From: Caldilineaceae bacterium
Lineage (GTDB): Bacteria; Chloroflexota; Anaerolineae; Caldilineales; Caldilineaceae
Reading direction: 5' to 3'
Assembly (NCBI GenBank): GCA_046328715.1
Contig: JAXLWB010000053.1
Span: 1-64,000, forward strand
Length of the DNA: 64,000 nt
The first letter of the stretch is position 1. Every line of letters starts with the position of its first letter. A program made the position numbers and the translations under genes. The notes under the pieces are model-generated. The model had not been told where the DNA came from, did not search any database, and saw only the letters and a program-made list of their open reading frames with translations. Positions 8,663 through 17,599 of the stretch are shown piece after piece.

Positions 8663-9763
8663 CTACTTTTTTCTGCGTAATTGCCAGAGCAGACCGCCCG
8701 TTAGCAACGAGCCGATAAAGCCTAGTCCACTCAGCATCATCAAGGAACGTTGGGAACTGTTCTGGGTTAGCCGCAACAGTTCGGTCTGTGCACCCATGAG
8801 CGTCAACGCACCGATAGGCACGCTTGTGGGCCAAGGTGTCCAGGTCGGAGTTGGCGGCGAGGTCTGGGTTGGAAAAAGGGTTGGCGTCTCTGTTGGGATT
8901 GGGGTGACTGTTTCAGTCGGTGTAGGCAGTGGCGTATCAGTAGCGACTGGAGTAGGTGCTTCGGTCGCACCGACAAACATGGGAAGCGCTTGCTTTGCCT
9001 CCGCCACGGCTACTGGCGCTGCTTCTACCGACGCTGCACTAATGTTAACCTCTTGTGGCGCGGGCTGTGGAGCAGGTTCGGCAGTGTTCGTCGCCGTGGG
9101 CGCGACCGGTGCAGGCGCAGAGGGAGCGCTCTCATCCGGGAAGAGACTAATGACATCGACATAGATCAAGTTGCTGCCTTCGATGCGGGCCAAATCGGCC
9201 AGAAAGAAGACGGTCATGGTGCCGCCGATTGCCCGCGCCTTGACGTCAATATTGGGGCCTTCGCCATTTGGATAATTGACAAAACGACCATCGCCATAGT
9301 GGATCGGTCCCCAGATGACATTCGGACTGTTGGGATCAGTGCCGCCTGTGGGATCAATCCCTAACTGCCTTCCCCATGCATCGCTAGGTGCATTCGGCGC
9401 AGCCCAAGCTACACTGGCCCGGTAGCCCGACCCCGGATTGACATTTACCTGAGTAAAGATGCCAGCCTTGAGCGGCGCGCTATTGTTGCTCGTGATGCGC
9501 AACGTTCCTGTGCCAAAGAACGAGTGTGGGTCGTTGACAAACATTGGGTCGCCAGAGAGGATAAATGGGGACCAGCCGTTCGGTAACTGGCGTGGCGGCT
9601 CTCCATAAAAGCTGTCCATATCGCAGGCTGGCTGCGGGATCAGGTTAGGGGGATTGCAGAGGTCCGAAGCAATTGCTTGCTGTGTGTGAAACAGTGCGGC
9701 AAGAATGGTCAGCGCGCATAGATAGCGCGGGATAAATTTGATTGTACAATGTTGTTTACGCAT
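8663..9763 (-). CDS. Secreted protein: signal peptide, globular domain, Pro/Thr/Ala-rich linker, C-terminal TM helix + RRKK tail
   Basis: N-terminal n-h-c signal (…ILAALFHTQQAIA/SD); about 110-aa PT/PA linker; C-terminus MLSGLGFIGSLLTGGLLWQLRRKK; start overlaps the upstream PrsW-like gene by 8 nt. Confidence 0.6.
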   Translation of the reverse strand: MRKQHCTIKFIPRYLCALTILAALFHTQQAIASDLCNPPNLIPQPACDMDSFYGEPPRQLPNGWSPFILSGDPMFVNDPHSFFGTGTLRITSNNSAPLKAGIFTQVNVNPGSGYRASVAWAAPNAPSDAWGRQLGIDPTGGTDPNSPNVIWGPIHYGDGRFVNYPNGEGPNIDVKARAIGGTMTVFFLADLARIEGSNLIYVDVISLFPDESAPSAPAPVAPTATNTAEPAPQPAPQEVNISAASVEAAPVAVAEAKQALPMFVGATEAPTPVATDTPLPTPTETVTPIPTETPTLFPTQTSPPTPTWTPWPTSVPIGALTLMGAQTELLRLTQNSSQRSLMMLSGLGFIGSLLTGGLLWQLRRKK

Positions 9764-10718
9764 GAATTGTCTGCAAAGTTGTTCTTAAATCGGCAATTGC
9801 TTGACCCAATTCGGGTTCGTCTTCATTGCCTCGTTTGCGTAGACGATCTTTAGAGAGCGCAAGTTCCACCAAAAGTTGTGTACGGTCGGCTTTTTCCCGA
9901 TCTTTCCAACGCGAGGGGCGTCGCCAGCGCTCTGTTAACAGTGCGAATTCACCTGCCGATAGTGAGACACCCACTTCCTCGGCCAATTCGCGACGAATCG
10001 TCTGCCGCTCCTGGCGCCAAGCCAGGGCCACAATCAGGATCAGCAATCCAACGCTGCCGAAGGCAATCAACACGCTCAGCAATAGTCCCAGCGGATTGAC
10101 CCCGGCCACAGTCACACCGAAATTATGCAGCGCGTGAACCACAATTGCCAAGCCCAGACCAATCCAGGGTAGCAAAAAGCGCAAAAAGCCACGGTGCATG
10201 TTGCGTGACAAGCCAAAAAAGACACCCGTCAGTCCTGTGTAGAAGCCATGATTGAGTCCAAACAGAATGGCTCGCAAAAAGATGACAATACTTAGATCGC
10301 CGATGCCGCCCGAGTCAAAGACGCCAATGTAGTAGAAGAAATCCTCGGTCATGGCAAAGCCGAAGCCGATCAACGCACCATACAGCAGCCCGTCGAGCAC
10401 GCCATCGAATTCTTGCCGCTTCCAGATAAAGATCAGCCAAATCGCAAAGCCCTTGAAAAACTCTTCAACGATCGGAGCAATGATTGAACTCTCAACTACT
10501 TCGCCCGTGATAGTCTGGGTTGAGCTGGCAAGCGGTATCCCTAAGATCTCCTCAAGGAGAATGCTGGCCAAAATTGCTGGAATGGCACCCCACAAAAAGG
10601 CGACAAACAACAGCCAGCCGGGCTCGCGCTCGTAGCGATCGGCCCAATAGAAGATCAAGGTATGAATCACCGTTGGGATGATAGCGGCAAAGAGACTGAT
10701 GAAAAGTCCAGAGAGCAT
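9756..10718 (-). CDS. PrsW-family intramembrane glutamic protease (CPBP/CAAX-protease superfamily) with charged C-terminal cytoplasmic extension
   Basis: EExxK motif (EEFFKG), FxxxH-like (FGLNHGFY), HxxxN (HALHNFG), at least 6 TM segments. The ORF track starts at 10817, but the Met at 10718 (MLSGLFISLF…YWADRYEREPGW) aligns with the N-terminal TM and Y..D..EP motif of B. subtilis PrsW, so I place the start there. Confidence 0.65.
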   Translation of the reverse strand: MLSGLFISLFAAIIPTVIHTLIFYWADRYEREPGWLLFVAFLWGAIPAILASILLEEILGIPLASSTQTITGEVVESSIIAPIVEEFFKGFAIWLIFIWKRQEFDGVLDGLLYGALIGFGFAMTEDFFYYIGVFDSGGIGDLSIVIFLRAILFGLNHGFYTGLTGVFFGLSRNMHRGFLRFLLPWIGLGLAIVVHALHNFGVTVAGVNPLGLLLSVLIAFGSVGLLILIVALAWRQERQTIRRELAEEVGVSLSAGEFALLTERWRRPSRWKDREKADRTQLLVELALSKDRLRKRGNEDEPELGQAIADLRTTLQTIHA

Positions 10719-10749
10719 AGTAGGGGCCTTTTGAGTGAGATGAAATGCT

Positions 10750-10862
10750 TTGGTAGGTGCGGTTTCTATACCACACAAAGATCTGTTGACCGGGATTGTG
10801 CGGTTTCCATACCGCACCTACTTTGTGACATTGTTGTTTATGCTTATTGTTGTTTATGTTTA
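10750..10862 (-). promoter_or_regulatory. Repeat-rich putative regulatory region upstream of the PrsW-like gene
   Basis: 9-bp inverted repeat gtaggtgcg/cgcacctac flanking a 15-bp direct repeat tgcggtttcYatacc (x2, 10758-10811); tandem attgttgtttatgYttatt (x2, 10826-10862). Confidence 0.4.
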
Positions 10863-11549
10863 TTAGGTCAGAGAGACAGGCATGATTCGCTTTCGTAGCT
10901 TCGCGTAGGTACTCATCATATGCGGCCAGAAGGGACTGATAACACCCTTTGCATTAGCGGCACGTAATGCTTCTAGAAAGCTTTGAGCGTTGTCTTCAAA
11001 TGGAGGGATTTCCAGATAACAACGCCCAACTTCGTAGAGAACGTGGGCATCACTGCCCGCCGTTGCCAATTTGCCATGTTGGGTTGCCAGTTGGGCAGCA
11101 TCCTCGTTGTCCTTGGGGCGCACACAACGGGCATTCATCACTTCCAGTGCATCGACGCGATCGATGATGCGCAAGACATTCTCTCGTCCCATGGCAGTGC
11201 GACGGATGGAATCCAAGGGATGTGGAATGCTGATGACTGCTCCCTGGGCACGCAGCCGATCAATCGTCTCCTCTGGTGACAATCCCTTTGGCACCTCTTG
11301 CGTCACAAAATAGGCAATGATTTCGCCATGGGTTGTCTTGATTTCTTCGCCTACAATCACCAGATCAGGCGCAAGCTCTTTGGCGCGCAATGCGCCGTCC
11401 AAGCGGTTGTGTTCGGTGACCGCAATCTTGTTGAGGCCGACTTGGCGCGCATGTTCGATCAAGGCGGTGGTACGGGTCAGACAGTCGCGGCTATAGATGG
11501 TATGCGAGTGGAGGTCAACTTTCCAGAAAGTAGGTTCTTGTTTGCTCAT
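10863..11549 (-). CDS. PHP-domain metal-dependent phosphoesterase
   Basis: N-terminal DLHSHTIYSRD plus later TEHN and SDAH motifs (PHP His/Asp ladder). Confidence 0.75.
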   Translation of the reverse strand: MSKQEPTFWKVDLHSHTIYSRDCLTRTTALIEHARQVGLNKIAVTEHNRLDGALRAKELAPDLVIVGEEIKTTHGEIIAYFVTQEVPKGLSPEETIDRLRAQGAVISIPHPLDSIRRTAMGRENVLRIIDRVDALEVMNARCVRPKDNEDAAQLATQHGKLATAGSDAHVLYEVGRCYLEIPPFEDNAQSFLEALRAANAKGVISPFWPHMMSTYAKLRKRIMPVSLT

Positions 11550-11770
11550 CGTGCTCGATCGTTATGAGTCGTCAAACTATGCATTCTGTGGTTTAATTAA
11601 CTCAAATTTATGCTGCGATTGCAATGAGAATCGGAATATTTCTTGACCATTTTCGAGAAGCAAAGCTCCGCGTCTCATGCAGGGCGTAGTTTAGATTGTG
11701 GCATACGTATACCGATGCGACAAATCACACACAGTGTCATTTGTAAAATACTTGTCTAAAGTTTACGACT

Positions 11771-13195
11771 ATGGTTGACAGACCGCTTGCCACACCCGCA
11801 ACTGCACAGCAAAACTGGCGAGGGTGGCTGCAACAACGTTTACGCTTACTCTGGAATCGGGGGCTCCCCTCTCCTGTGACTATTGCACTCGATGTTGGCT
11901 GGCCACTGATCTTTATTCCAATCGCACTTGTCAATCAACTACTGACCCCGCACCTGGCCTGGCTGGTATTGTTGGTTGTGCTAATTGGGATTTACGCCCT
12001 GGCTTGGTTCTGGATACGTAATCAGGCATTACGGATCGATCTGGAACGTGCGCAACGCGGGGCGATTCTGGTTGCTGGCGACCGCCTAAGTGAAGAATTC
12101 ACGCTGCACAATCACAGTAGCCTGCCGCTGCTTTGGGCCGAGATTATTGACCAGTCTGACCTGCCCGGCTACCAACCGGGGCGTGTCGTTGGCTGTGACT
12201 CAAACAACCAAACTTCCTGGCGTACCACAGCTGAATGTCGCCAACGGGGTGTCTTTCGTCTAGGGCCACACACGCTCAAAAGTGGCGATCCCTTTGGCCT
12301 TTTTTCGTTAACCATTCGCAGCGACCAGACGCAGAAGGTGCTGGTCTATCCCCGCGTGGTACAACTTCCCTCGATTCCGATCCCGCGCGGCGAAAACGCC
12401 GGAAGTGAGCGTCGTCGCCATCCCTTCGCCGGGGTTCTGCCTTCGGCTAGTGTACGCCAACATACGACATTTGATAGCCTGCGCTTTGTACACTGGCGTT
12501 CTTCGGCCCACCGCGGTCAGTTGATGGTCAAAGAGCTCGAACAAGAGCCTGGCGGTGAACTCTGGATTGTGCCCGATCTGCAGGGGTCAAGCCATGTTGG
12601 CGAAGGTGAACAAGGTACATTTGAAACGACCATTATCGCTGCTGCCAGCCTGGCTGCCGAGCTGTTGGGCAGTGATGAACGACGTTCGGTTGGTCTGTTG
12701 GCTGTCTCTGGGGTCGGGGATGACATGCAGACAATTGTCATTCCTCCGCAGCCAGGGCCGGCGCAGATGTGGCATATCTTGGCGGCGCTGGCTCCGCTCA
12801 AGCCGACCGACCGACCCCTGGCCGAGGTGATCCGTCAGCAACGGTCAGTCTTAGGGCGGCGGCGTTCGTTGATCGTGGTGGCACCGTTTGTGTCGACGGC
12901 AGAGCCTGATTGGCTTTCGGAATTGCTTAACCTGCGTTCACAGGAGCTTTCTGCGTGTGTGCTTGGCATTCTGCCTGCGCAACCCCCTGTAGCAGAAGAG
13001 AACGGCACAGAGAGAGGTGAAGGTTTGCAGTCGGTATTGGCCTCTACACTCGCTCGCTACGACATCCCGACCCAAACGCTGATGGTGGGGACACGGTTGC
13101 GCCCCCTCATTACCTTTCGCCGTCGCCGCACCGAGCTGCGTTCTACTCCCACGGGTGGCGTGGTGCGGGTGGAGGTGGAGGAAGAGGTTGGATAA
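11771..13195 (+). CDS. DUF58-domain protein (MoxR-associated, vWA-like), N-terminal TM segments
   Basis: Two N-terminal TM helices; then the region conserved in the DUF58 family (…GDPFGLFS…) that precedes transglutaminase TgpA-like genes. Confidence 0.6.
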   Translation: MVDRPLATPATAQQNWRGWLQQRLRLLWNRGLPSPVTIALDVGWPLIFIPIALVNQLLTPHLAWLVLLVVLIGIYALAWFWIRNQALRIDLERAQRGAILVAGDRLSEEFTLHNHSSLPLLWAEIIDQSDLPGYQPGRVVGCDSNNQTSWRTTAECRQRGVFRLGPHTLKSGDPFGLFSLTIRSDQTQKVLVYPRVVQLPSIPIPRGENAGSERRRHPFAGVLPSASVRQHTTFDSLRFVHWRSSAHRGQLMVKELEQEPGGELWIVPDLQGSSHVGEGEQGTFETTIIAAASLAAELLGSDERRSVGLLAVSGVGDDMQTIVIPPQPGPAQMWHILAALAPLKPTDRPLAEVIRQQRSVLGRRRSLIVVAPFVSTAEPDWLSELLNLRSQELSACVLGILPAQPPVAEENGTERGEGLQSVLASTLARYDIPTQTLMVGTRLRPLITFRRRRTELRSTPTGGVVRVEVEEEVG

Positions 13196-13234
13196 AGGTA
13201 CAAGATGCAGGATGTAAGTTACAAGCAGTAAGAC

Positions 13235-15625
13235 ATGATTTGCAACTGGCAACCTGCATCCTGCATAGGGAAATTTCGGTTAATGCTTGATCAAGAGTTA
13301 CTTCGTGACGGGAATGGACGCTACGCTGCGGAAGCGGAGCAGCGCCATTGGGCCATGCGCTTTTTGCGTTGGTTGGCTACAGCTTTTCAACCTGCATTGG
13401 GCTGGGGTAGCTTGTTCCTTTGTGGGCTGTTGCTGTTTTCGTTTATCTACACGTTAACACAAAGCCGTTGGCTACCGACTGAATCGGGCCAACCGCGCTT
13501 GCTGCTGTTGGCGCTGCTCGCGCTGCTCAGCAGTTGGTGGCTTTATGGTTGGCGGGCTGACCGCACGTTCTCAAAACTGCGTTGGCTACGTATTGTATTG
13601 AATAGTGTTGGCTACCTGCTCCTGGGCACCCTGCTGGTGAGTCAACTGCTGGCTGGTTGGTTGCCGGGTGCTTCGCAATTCTTTTCAGCCCTGCGCACAG
13701 GCGATTGGCAAAATCTCGGCGCACAGACCGTGCTGGGCATTGATCGCCTCTCCACTCGCATAGCGCTTTGGTGGCAAACCATTCAGGCCGATGACCCGGT
13801 GCGCGATGACTTGATGTTGCTCTTGATCAGTGGCGTGTTGCTCTGGTTGGTGGCTGGCGTGACGGTTGGGTTGTTGCGCCGTTATCAACGTGGCTTATTG
13901 GCTGCAACGCCGATTGTCGCCCTGGCGATTGCGTTACTCTTTTGGGGACGAGAAGATCGCTCAGCCATTTTGGTGGTTTTGGTTTGTGCGCTGCTCTTGC
14001 ATCTTTGGCTGCACCAGAAGATGATGCAACAACATTGGAACGCAGCCCAGCTTGACTACAGCCCAATGCTGCTAGTTGATCGGATGTTTTCGGCATTGGC
14101 CGCAGGGGCGCTTGTGATTGTAGTAGCGCTCCTACTGCCCAATCTCTACATCCGCCCCTTGGCGCTTTGGTATTGGCACCTAATGTCGCCTGCCAATCAG
14201 CGCATCAACGAGTTCCGTGAGCAGATTCTGCCCGATGTCATTCCCTCCACACGCTGGCGTGAAGGGGTGGGGACCGGTGGTCTGCCCAATGAATTTCTGC
14301 TCGGCGCAGGGCCGGAAGAGTTGAGTAATATGCTGATCATGGTCGTGCGCACCAATGAAGGTGTGGCTGGCTACGATCAGCAGCCCGAGGGGCACTATAT
14401 GCGCGGACTCACCCTGGCCGAGTACGACGGCAAAGGCTGGCGCAACCCCGACGCCGATGAACTGAAGAAATTGCCAGCAGAACAGCGTTGGCTGGAAGGG
14501 GATCTGCCAGGGCGGCAACTGCTTGCCCAAAGCGTGGAAGTTCGTGTAGACAGCCCAATGCTCTTTGCCGCTGGCGAGGCAGTCGAAAGCTCCGTCGATA
14601 GTCAACTTGAGTTGTTGCCAGGTGACAACCTCATCGGCCTGCGCTCTTGGGAACAGCGCTATACCGTTGTCTCTGCCATTCCTGCCGTGGGTGAACAGCG
14701 GCTGAATGAGGCTGGAGAGTGGAATGCGGCACAACCGCTCCCGGCGGAAGCACAATCCTTTTTGCAGTTGCCCTCAACTGTGCCGCCACGCGTTCATGAA
14801 CTTGCCCAACAACTGACGATTACGGCGACCACGCTCTATAGTAAGGCCACGGCACTGGAGAGTTACTTGCGCCAATACCCCTATGATCTCTCGGTGCCTG
14901 CGCCGCCAGCCGATGTGGTGGACGTGGCTGATTATTTTCTTTTTGACTTGAAAAAGGGCTATTGCGACTACTATGCCACCGCCTTTGTGGTTATGGCACG
15001 GTCACTGGGTATTCCGGCGCGCATAGCGACCGGATACTCAGTTGGGTATTGGAACTTCAACGAGCTACAGTGGACTATCACCGAAGCACAAGCCCATGCC
15101 TGGCCCGAGGTTTACTTTCCCAAGTACGGCTGGATTCCCTTCGAGCCGACGGCTGCCCGCCCCATGTTGAACCGAATCGATGTCACACCCAACCTGCCCT
15201 CGGCTCAATCTGGACCTGCGGGGAGTCTTCCAGCCACCCAAGAAACACGCTGGCACTGGAATTGGCAGATGCTCTTCTGGTTGCTGCCAGTAGCCTTGTT
15301 GCTCTGGTGGGGCGCTTTGGTCTTACGACACTATCTGCGCGAGCGCGGTGATCCTTGGCAGTCCTTACTACGCTGGGGCGCACGACGTGGACGACCCATA
15401 ACTTCGGGCGATACAATTTTGGAATATGGTGAAGTCCTCTCCACGTTAATGATTGCACAGTCAGAACGGACAGCAAATCGGGATGGAATGCGTGGTGCTG
15501 CGCGCGAAGTTTCAGGGATGAGTGAGGCATTGAGTGCGCTACGCTACGCGGATGCAAAGGAACGCTCTTCTGCACTATCGACCATTGCACGACATTGGCA
15601 ACGTATCAAGGATTACCTACGCTAG
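13235..15625 (+). CDS. Membrane transglutaminase-like protein (TgpA-type) with periplasmic domain
   Basis: Multiple N-terminal TMs; transglutaminase-core Cys-His-Asp (KKGYCDYYATAFVVMARSLGIPARIATGY … HAWPEVYFPKYGWIPFEPT); C-terminal TM; start uncertain (internal Mets at res 17/41). Confidence 0.75.
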   Translation: MICNWQPASCIGKFRLMLDQELLRDGNGRYAAEAEQRHWAMRFLRWLATAFQPALGWGSLFLCGLLLFSFIYTLTQSRWLPTESGQPRLLLLALLALLSSWWLYGWRADRTFSKLRWLRIVLNSVGYLLLGTLLVSQLLAGWLPGASQFFSALRTGDWQNLGAQTVLGIDRLSTRIALWWQTIQADDPVRDDLMLLLISGVLLWLVAGVTVGLLRRYQRGLLAATPIVALAIALLFWGREDRSAILVVLVCALLLHLWLHQKMMQQHWNAAQLDYSPMLLVDRMFSALAAGALVIVVALLLPNLYIRPLALWYWHLMSPANQRINEFREQILPDVIPSTRWREGVGTGGLPNEFLLGAGPEELSNMLIMVVRTNEGVAGYDQQPEGHYMRGLTLAEYDGKGWRNPDADELKKLPAEQRWLEGDLPGRQLLAQSVEVRVDSPMLFAAGEAVESSVDSQLELLPGDNLIGLRSWEQRYTVVSAIPAVGEQRLNEAGEWNAAQPLPAEAQSFLQLPSTVPPRVHELAQQLTITATTLYSKATALESYLRQYPYDLSVPAPPADVVDVADYFLFDLKKGYCDYYATAFVVMARSLGIPARIATGYSVGYWNFNELQWTITEAQAHAWPEVYFPKYGWIPFEPTAARPMLNRIDVTPNLPSAQSGPAGSLPATQETRWHWNWQMLFWLLPVALLLWWGALVLRHYLRERGDPWQSLLRWGARRGRPITSGDTILEYGEVLSTLMIAQSERTANRDGMRGAAREVSGMSEALSALRYADAKERSSALSTIARHWQRIKDYLR

Positions 15626-15643
15626 GATAAACGTTCTTCAAGT

Positions 15644-16285
15644 TTACACGGGTACTATCAGTCGCTCCTGCATTAGAAGATTGCGCAAGTGAATTCGGGC
15701 CCGACTGAGACGAGACTTTACCGTGCCAACGGGTAGTTTCAAGATCTTGGCAGCTTCTGCATAGTTGTAGCCTTGAACATCCACCAGCATCACGACTGAA
15801 CTATGCCATTGCGGCAATTCGTTGATTGCATTCAGAATGGCTTGCACACTTTCCGCTTCAATCACAGTTCGTTCTGGGCTATCGGTGGCAGTAAAGCTCG
15901 GCTCGCCGTACTCGTAGCCATCTTGCTCAACCATCTCATCTAAACTTACCGTTTGATGGCGCTTGACACGACGTAGATGATCGTAACAGGTATTGGCGAC
16001 AATGCGCAGCAGCCAGGAACGAAAATTACCATCTTCAAAGCGATGCATGGCACGGTAAGCCTTGAGAAGCGCCTCCTGAACTGCATCGGCTGCCGACTCT
16101 TCGGTGCGCAGGATCTGTTCGGCCAGACGTAGTGCAGCGGCCAAGTAGCGCTCGGCCAACTGGCTAAACGCATGTCGATCCCCCTGACGGGCGTCATACA
16201 AGGTCTGGTCAAAGGGAAGTGCTGCTACCAAACTTCGTGAACGGACGAGCGACGAGAGGGCTGGAGATGGGGCAAGAGATTGCAT
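15644..16285 (-). CDS. ECF-type (sigma-70 family group 4) RNA polymerase sigma factor
   Basis: Region 2 (…RIVANTCYDHLRR…) and region 4 HTH (…YAEAAKILKLPVGTVKSRLSRAR…). Confidence 0.85.
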   Translation of the reverse strand: MQSLAPSPALSSLVRSRSLVAALPFDQTLYDARQGDRHAFSQLAERYLAAALRLAEQILRTEESAADAVQEALLKAYRAMHRFEDGNFRSWLLRIVANTCYDHLRRVKRHQTVSLDEMVEQDGYEYGEPSFTATDSPERTVIEAESVQAILNAINELPQWHSSVVMLVDVQGYNYAEAAKILKLPVGTVKSRLSRARIHLRNLLMQERLIVPV

Positions 16286-16739
16286 AGATTGTCCTTTACA
16301 AGTAGAAAGTACGCAGCTTGTCGGGAAACATTCTCCACTACGACAACTTGGGCGACAGGTGCGTAGATCCTATTCATGACATCGATCTCACACGGCAAAT
16401 CAATAACTCGATACCATTAAGTTGAGTTCTGCATCAGAACCGCTGTTTAGCAAGCAAGAATGTAGGCTGTGTGAGACATAACAGTGGAGGGTGAAGTGGG
16501 AGCCCCTCCAAGGTCAATCATTTCCACAAATCATAAAGGGGTAACATGAGAAGAGTTGGAAAATTTGATGACAAAATTCGGACAAGTTTCCTACGAACTT
16601 TTGGATACAACTTTGCGTAGGGTGGAGAAAGGGTAGAAGTAGAAGGAAGAGATGATGGTACAGGACAAAAATCTGCCTCAGAATGAGAGAGCGTGCTTAA
16701 GTGCAAGAATCATATTGCCACCTGCAACATGATTCTTGC

Positions 16740-17423
16740 CTATTTCAGCAAAAGTTGATAACCATAGCCGCGGATCGTGGCGATAAAGCGAGGCTCTTCG
16801 TTATTGTAGGGCTCGATACGGCTGCGGATGCGGCTCACCATGCGGTCAATATTGGCGTCGGAGACATCGCCTAGTTCATTGGCCCACACTGCCTCCGAGA
16901 TTTCATCTTTGCTCACCACCCGGTTGCGATTTTGATACAGGAACCAGAGTAGATCGAACTGTTTTGCGCTCAATGGCGGATCAAGCAATTCACCATCGAC
17001 AAAGACCTGGCGGGTCGTAATGTCCACACGTAGACCTCGTTCACGTAGGGCGATCAGGGATGGGGCTGTTACGGTTACCGCCGGATCGAGGAAGCGATAG
17101 AGCGTCGATGCCACCTGAATTTCGCTGCCATCCTGTAGCCAAGCGCTCCCACCCGAGGAAAGGCGATGACCATCGATCACGATGCCATTCTTGCTTTGCA
17201 GGTCATGAATCTGATAGGAATCCTGGTTGTGGAGGATCTCGGCATGGCGTCGCGAAGCAAATTGATCATCAACCACAATGTCGCAATCGGCACTGCGCCC
17301 AAGCACCAAGATCTCTTTTGCCAATTCATATTCAATGCCACATTGTGACCCAGTTAGGCAAACCAAACGTGCGACTCGACTCACAATCTCTCCACTCTGC
17401 TTTGTATTGCTACCAAAAGCCAT
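16740..17423 (-). CDS. FHA-domain + OmpR/PhoB-type winged-helix DNA-binding regulator
   Basis: N-terminal FHA (…LGRSADCDIVVDDQFASRRHAEI…SKNGIVIDG); C-terminal trans_reg_C-like (LSAKQFDLLWFLYQNRNRVVSKDEI…ATIRGYGYQL). Confidence 0.8.
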   Translation of the reverse strand: MAFGSNTKQSGEIVSRVARLVCLTGSQCGIEYELAKEILVLGRSADCDIVVDDQFASRRHAEILHNQDSYQIHDLQSKNGIVIDGHRLSSGGSAWLQDGSEIQVASTLYRFLDPAVTVTAPSLIALRERGLRVDITTRQVFVDGELLDPPLSAKQFDLLWFLYQNRNRVVSKDEISEAVWANELGDVSDANIDRMVSRIRSRIEPYNNEEPRFIATIRGYGYQLLLK

Positions 17424-17599
17424 AACTTAATGCTACGCTAAGTATCACTCACTGCGTAACTTTATGTTAGAATTTTCTCAGACGATGATACTCTATGCAA
17501 ATCAGACGGCATACGGGCAAAAGTCTTATCTTGTTTACTGGCAACGTAACGATATGGTTGAGAATCAATTGCCGCATAAAATAAGCCGACAGCACTTGA

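Noticed and set aside
8796-9364. Plus-strand ORFs of 122 and 124 aa (8796..9164, 8990..9364)
   Set aside because: They lie antisense to the PT/Ala-rich linker of the 8663..9763 gene. Their sequence is Gly/Val/Ala low-complexity, typical of mirror ORFs.
10719-10817. Extended N-terminus of the PrsW-like ORF (start at 10817)
   Set aside because: The extension is hydrophilic with no signal or TM character and covers the repeat elements. The Met at 10718 aligns with the native start of characterised PrsW and has a plausible AAGG Shine-Dalgarno. The longer form cannot be excluded without orthologue alignment.
14180-14755. 191-aa minus-strand ORF inside the transglutaminase gene
   Set aside because: Nested antisense; no motifs.
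16518-16706. 62-aa ORF in the sigma/FHA intergenic region
   Set aside because: Short, Ser/Pro/Leu low-complexity, no RBS; more likely leader/promoter DNA.
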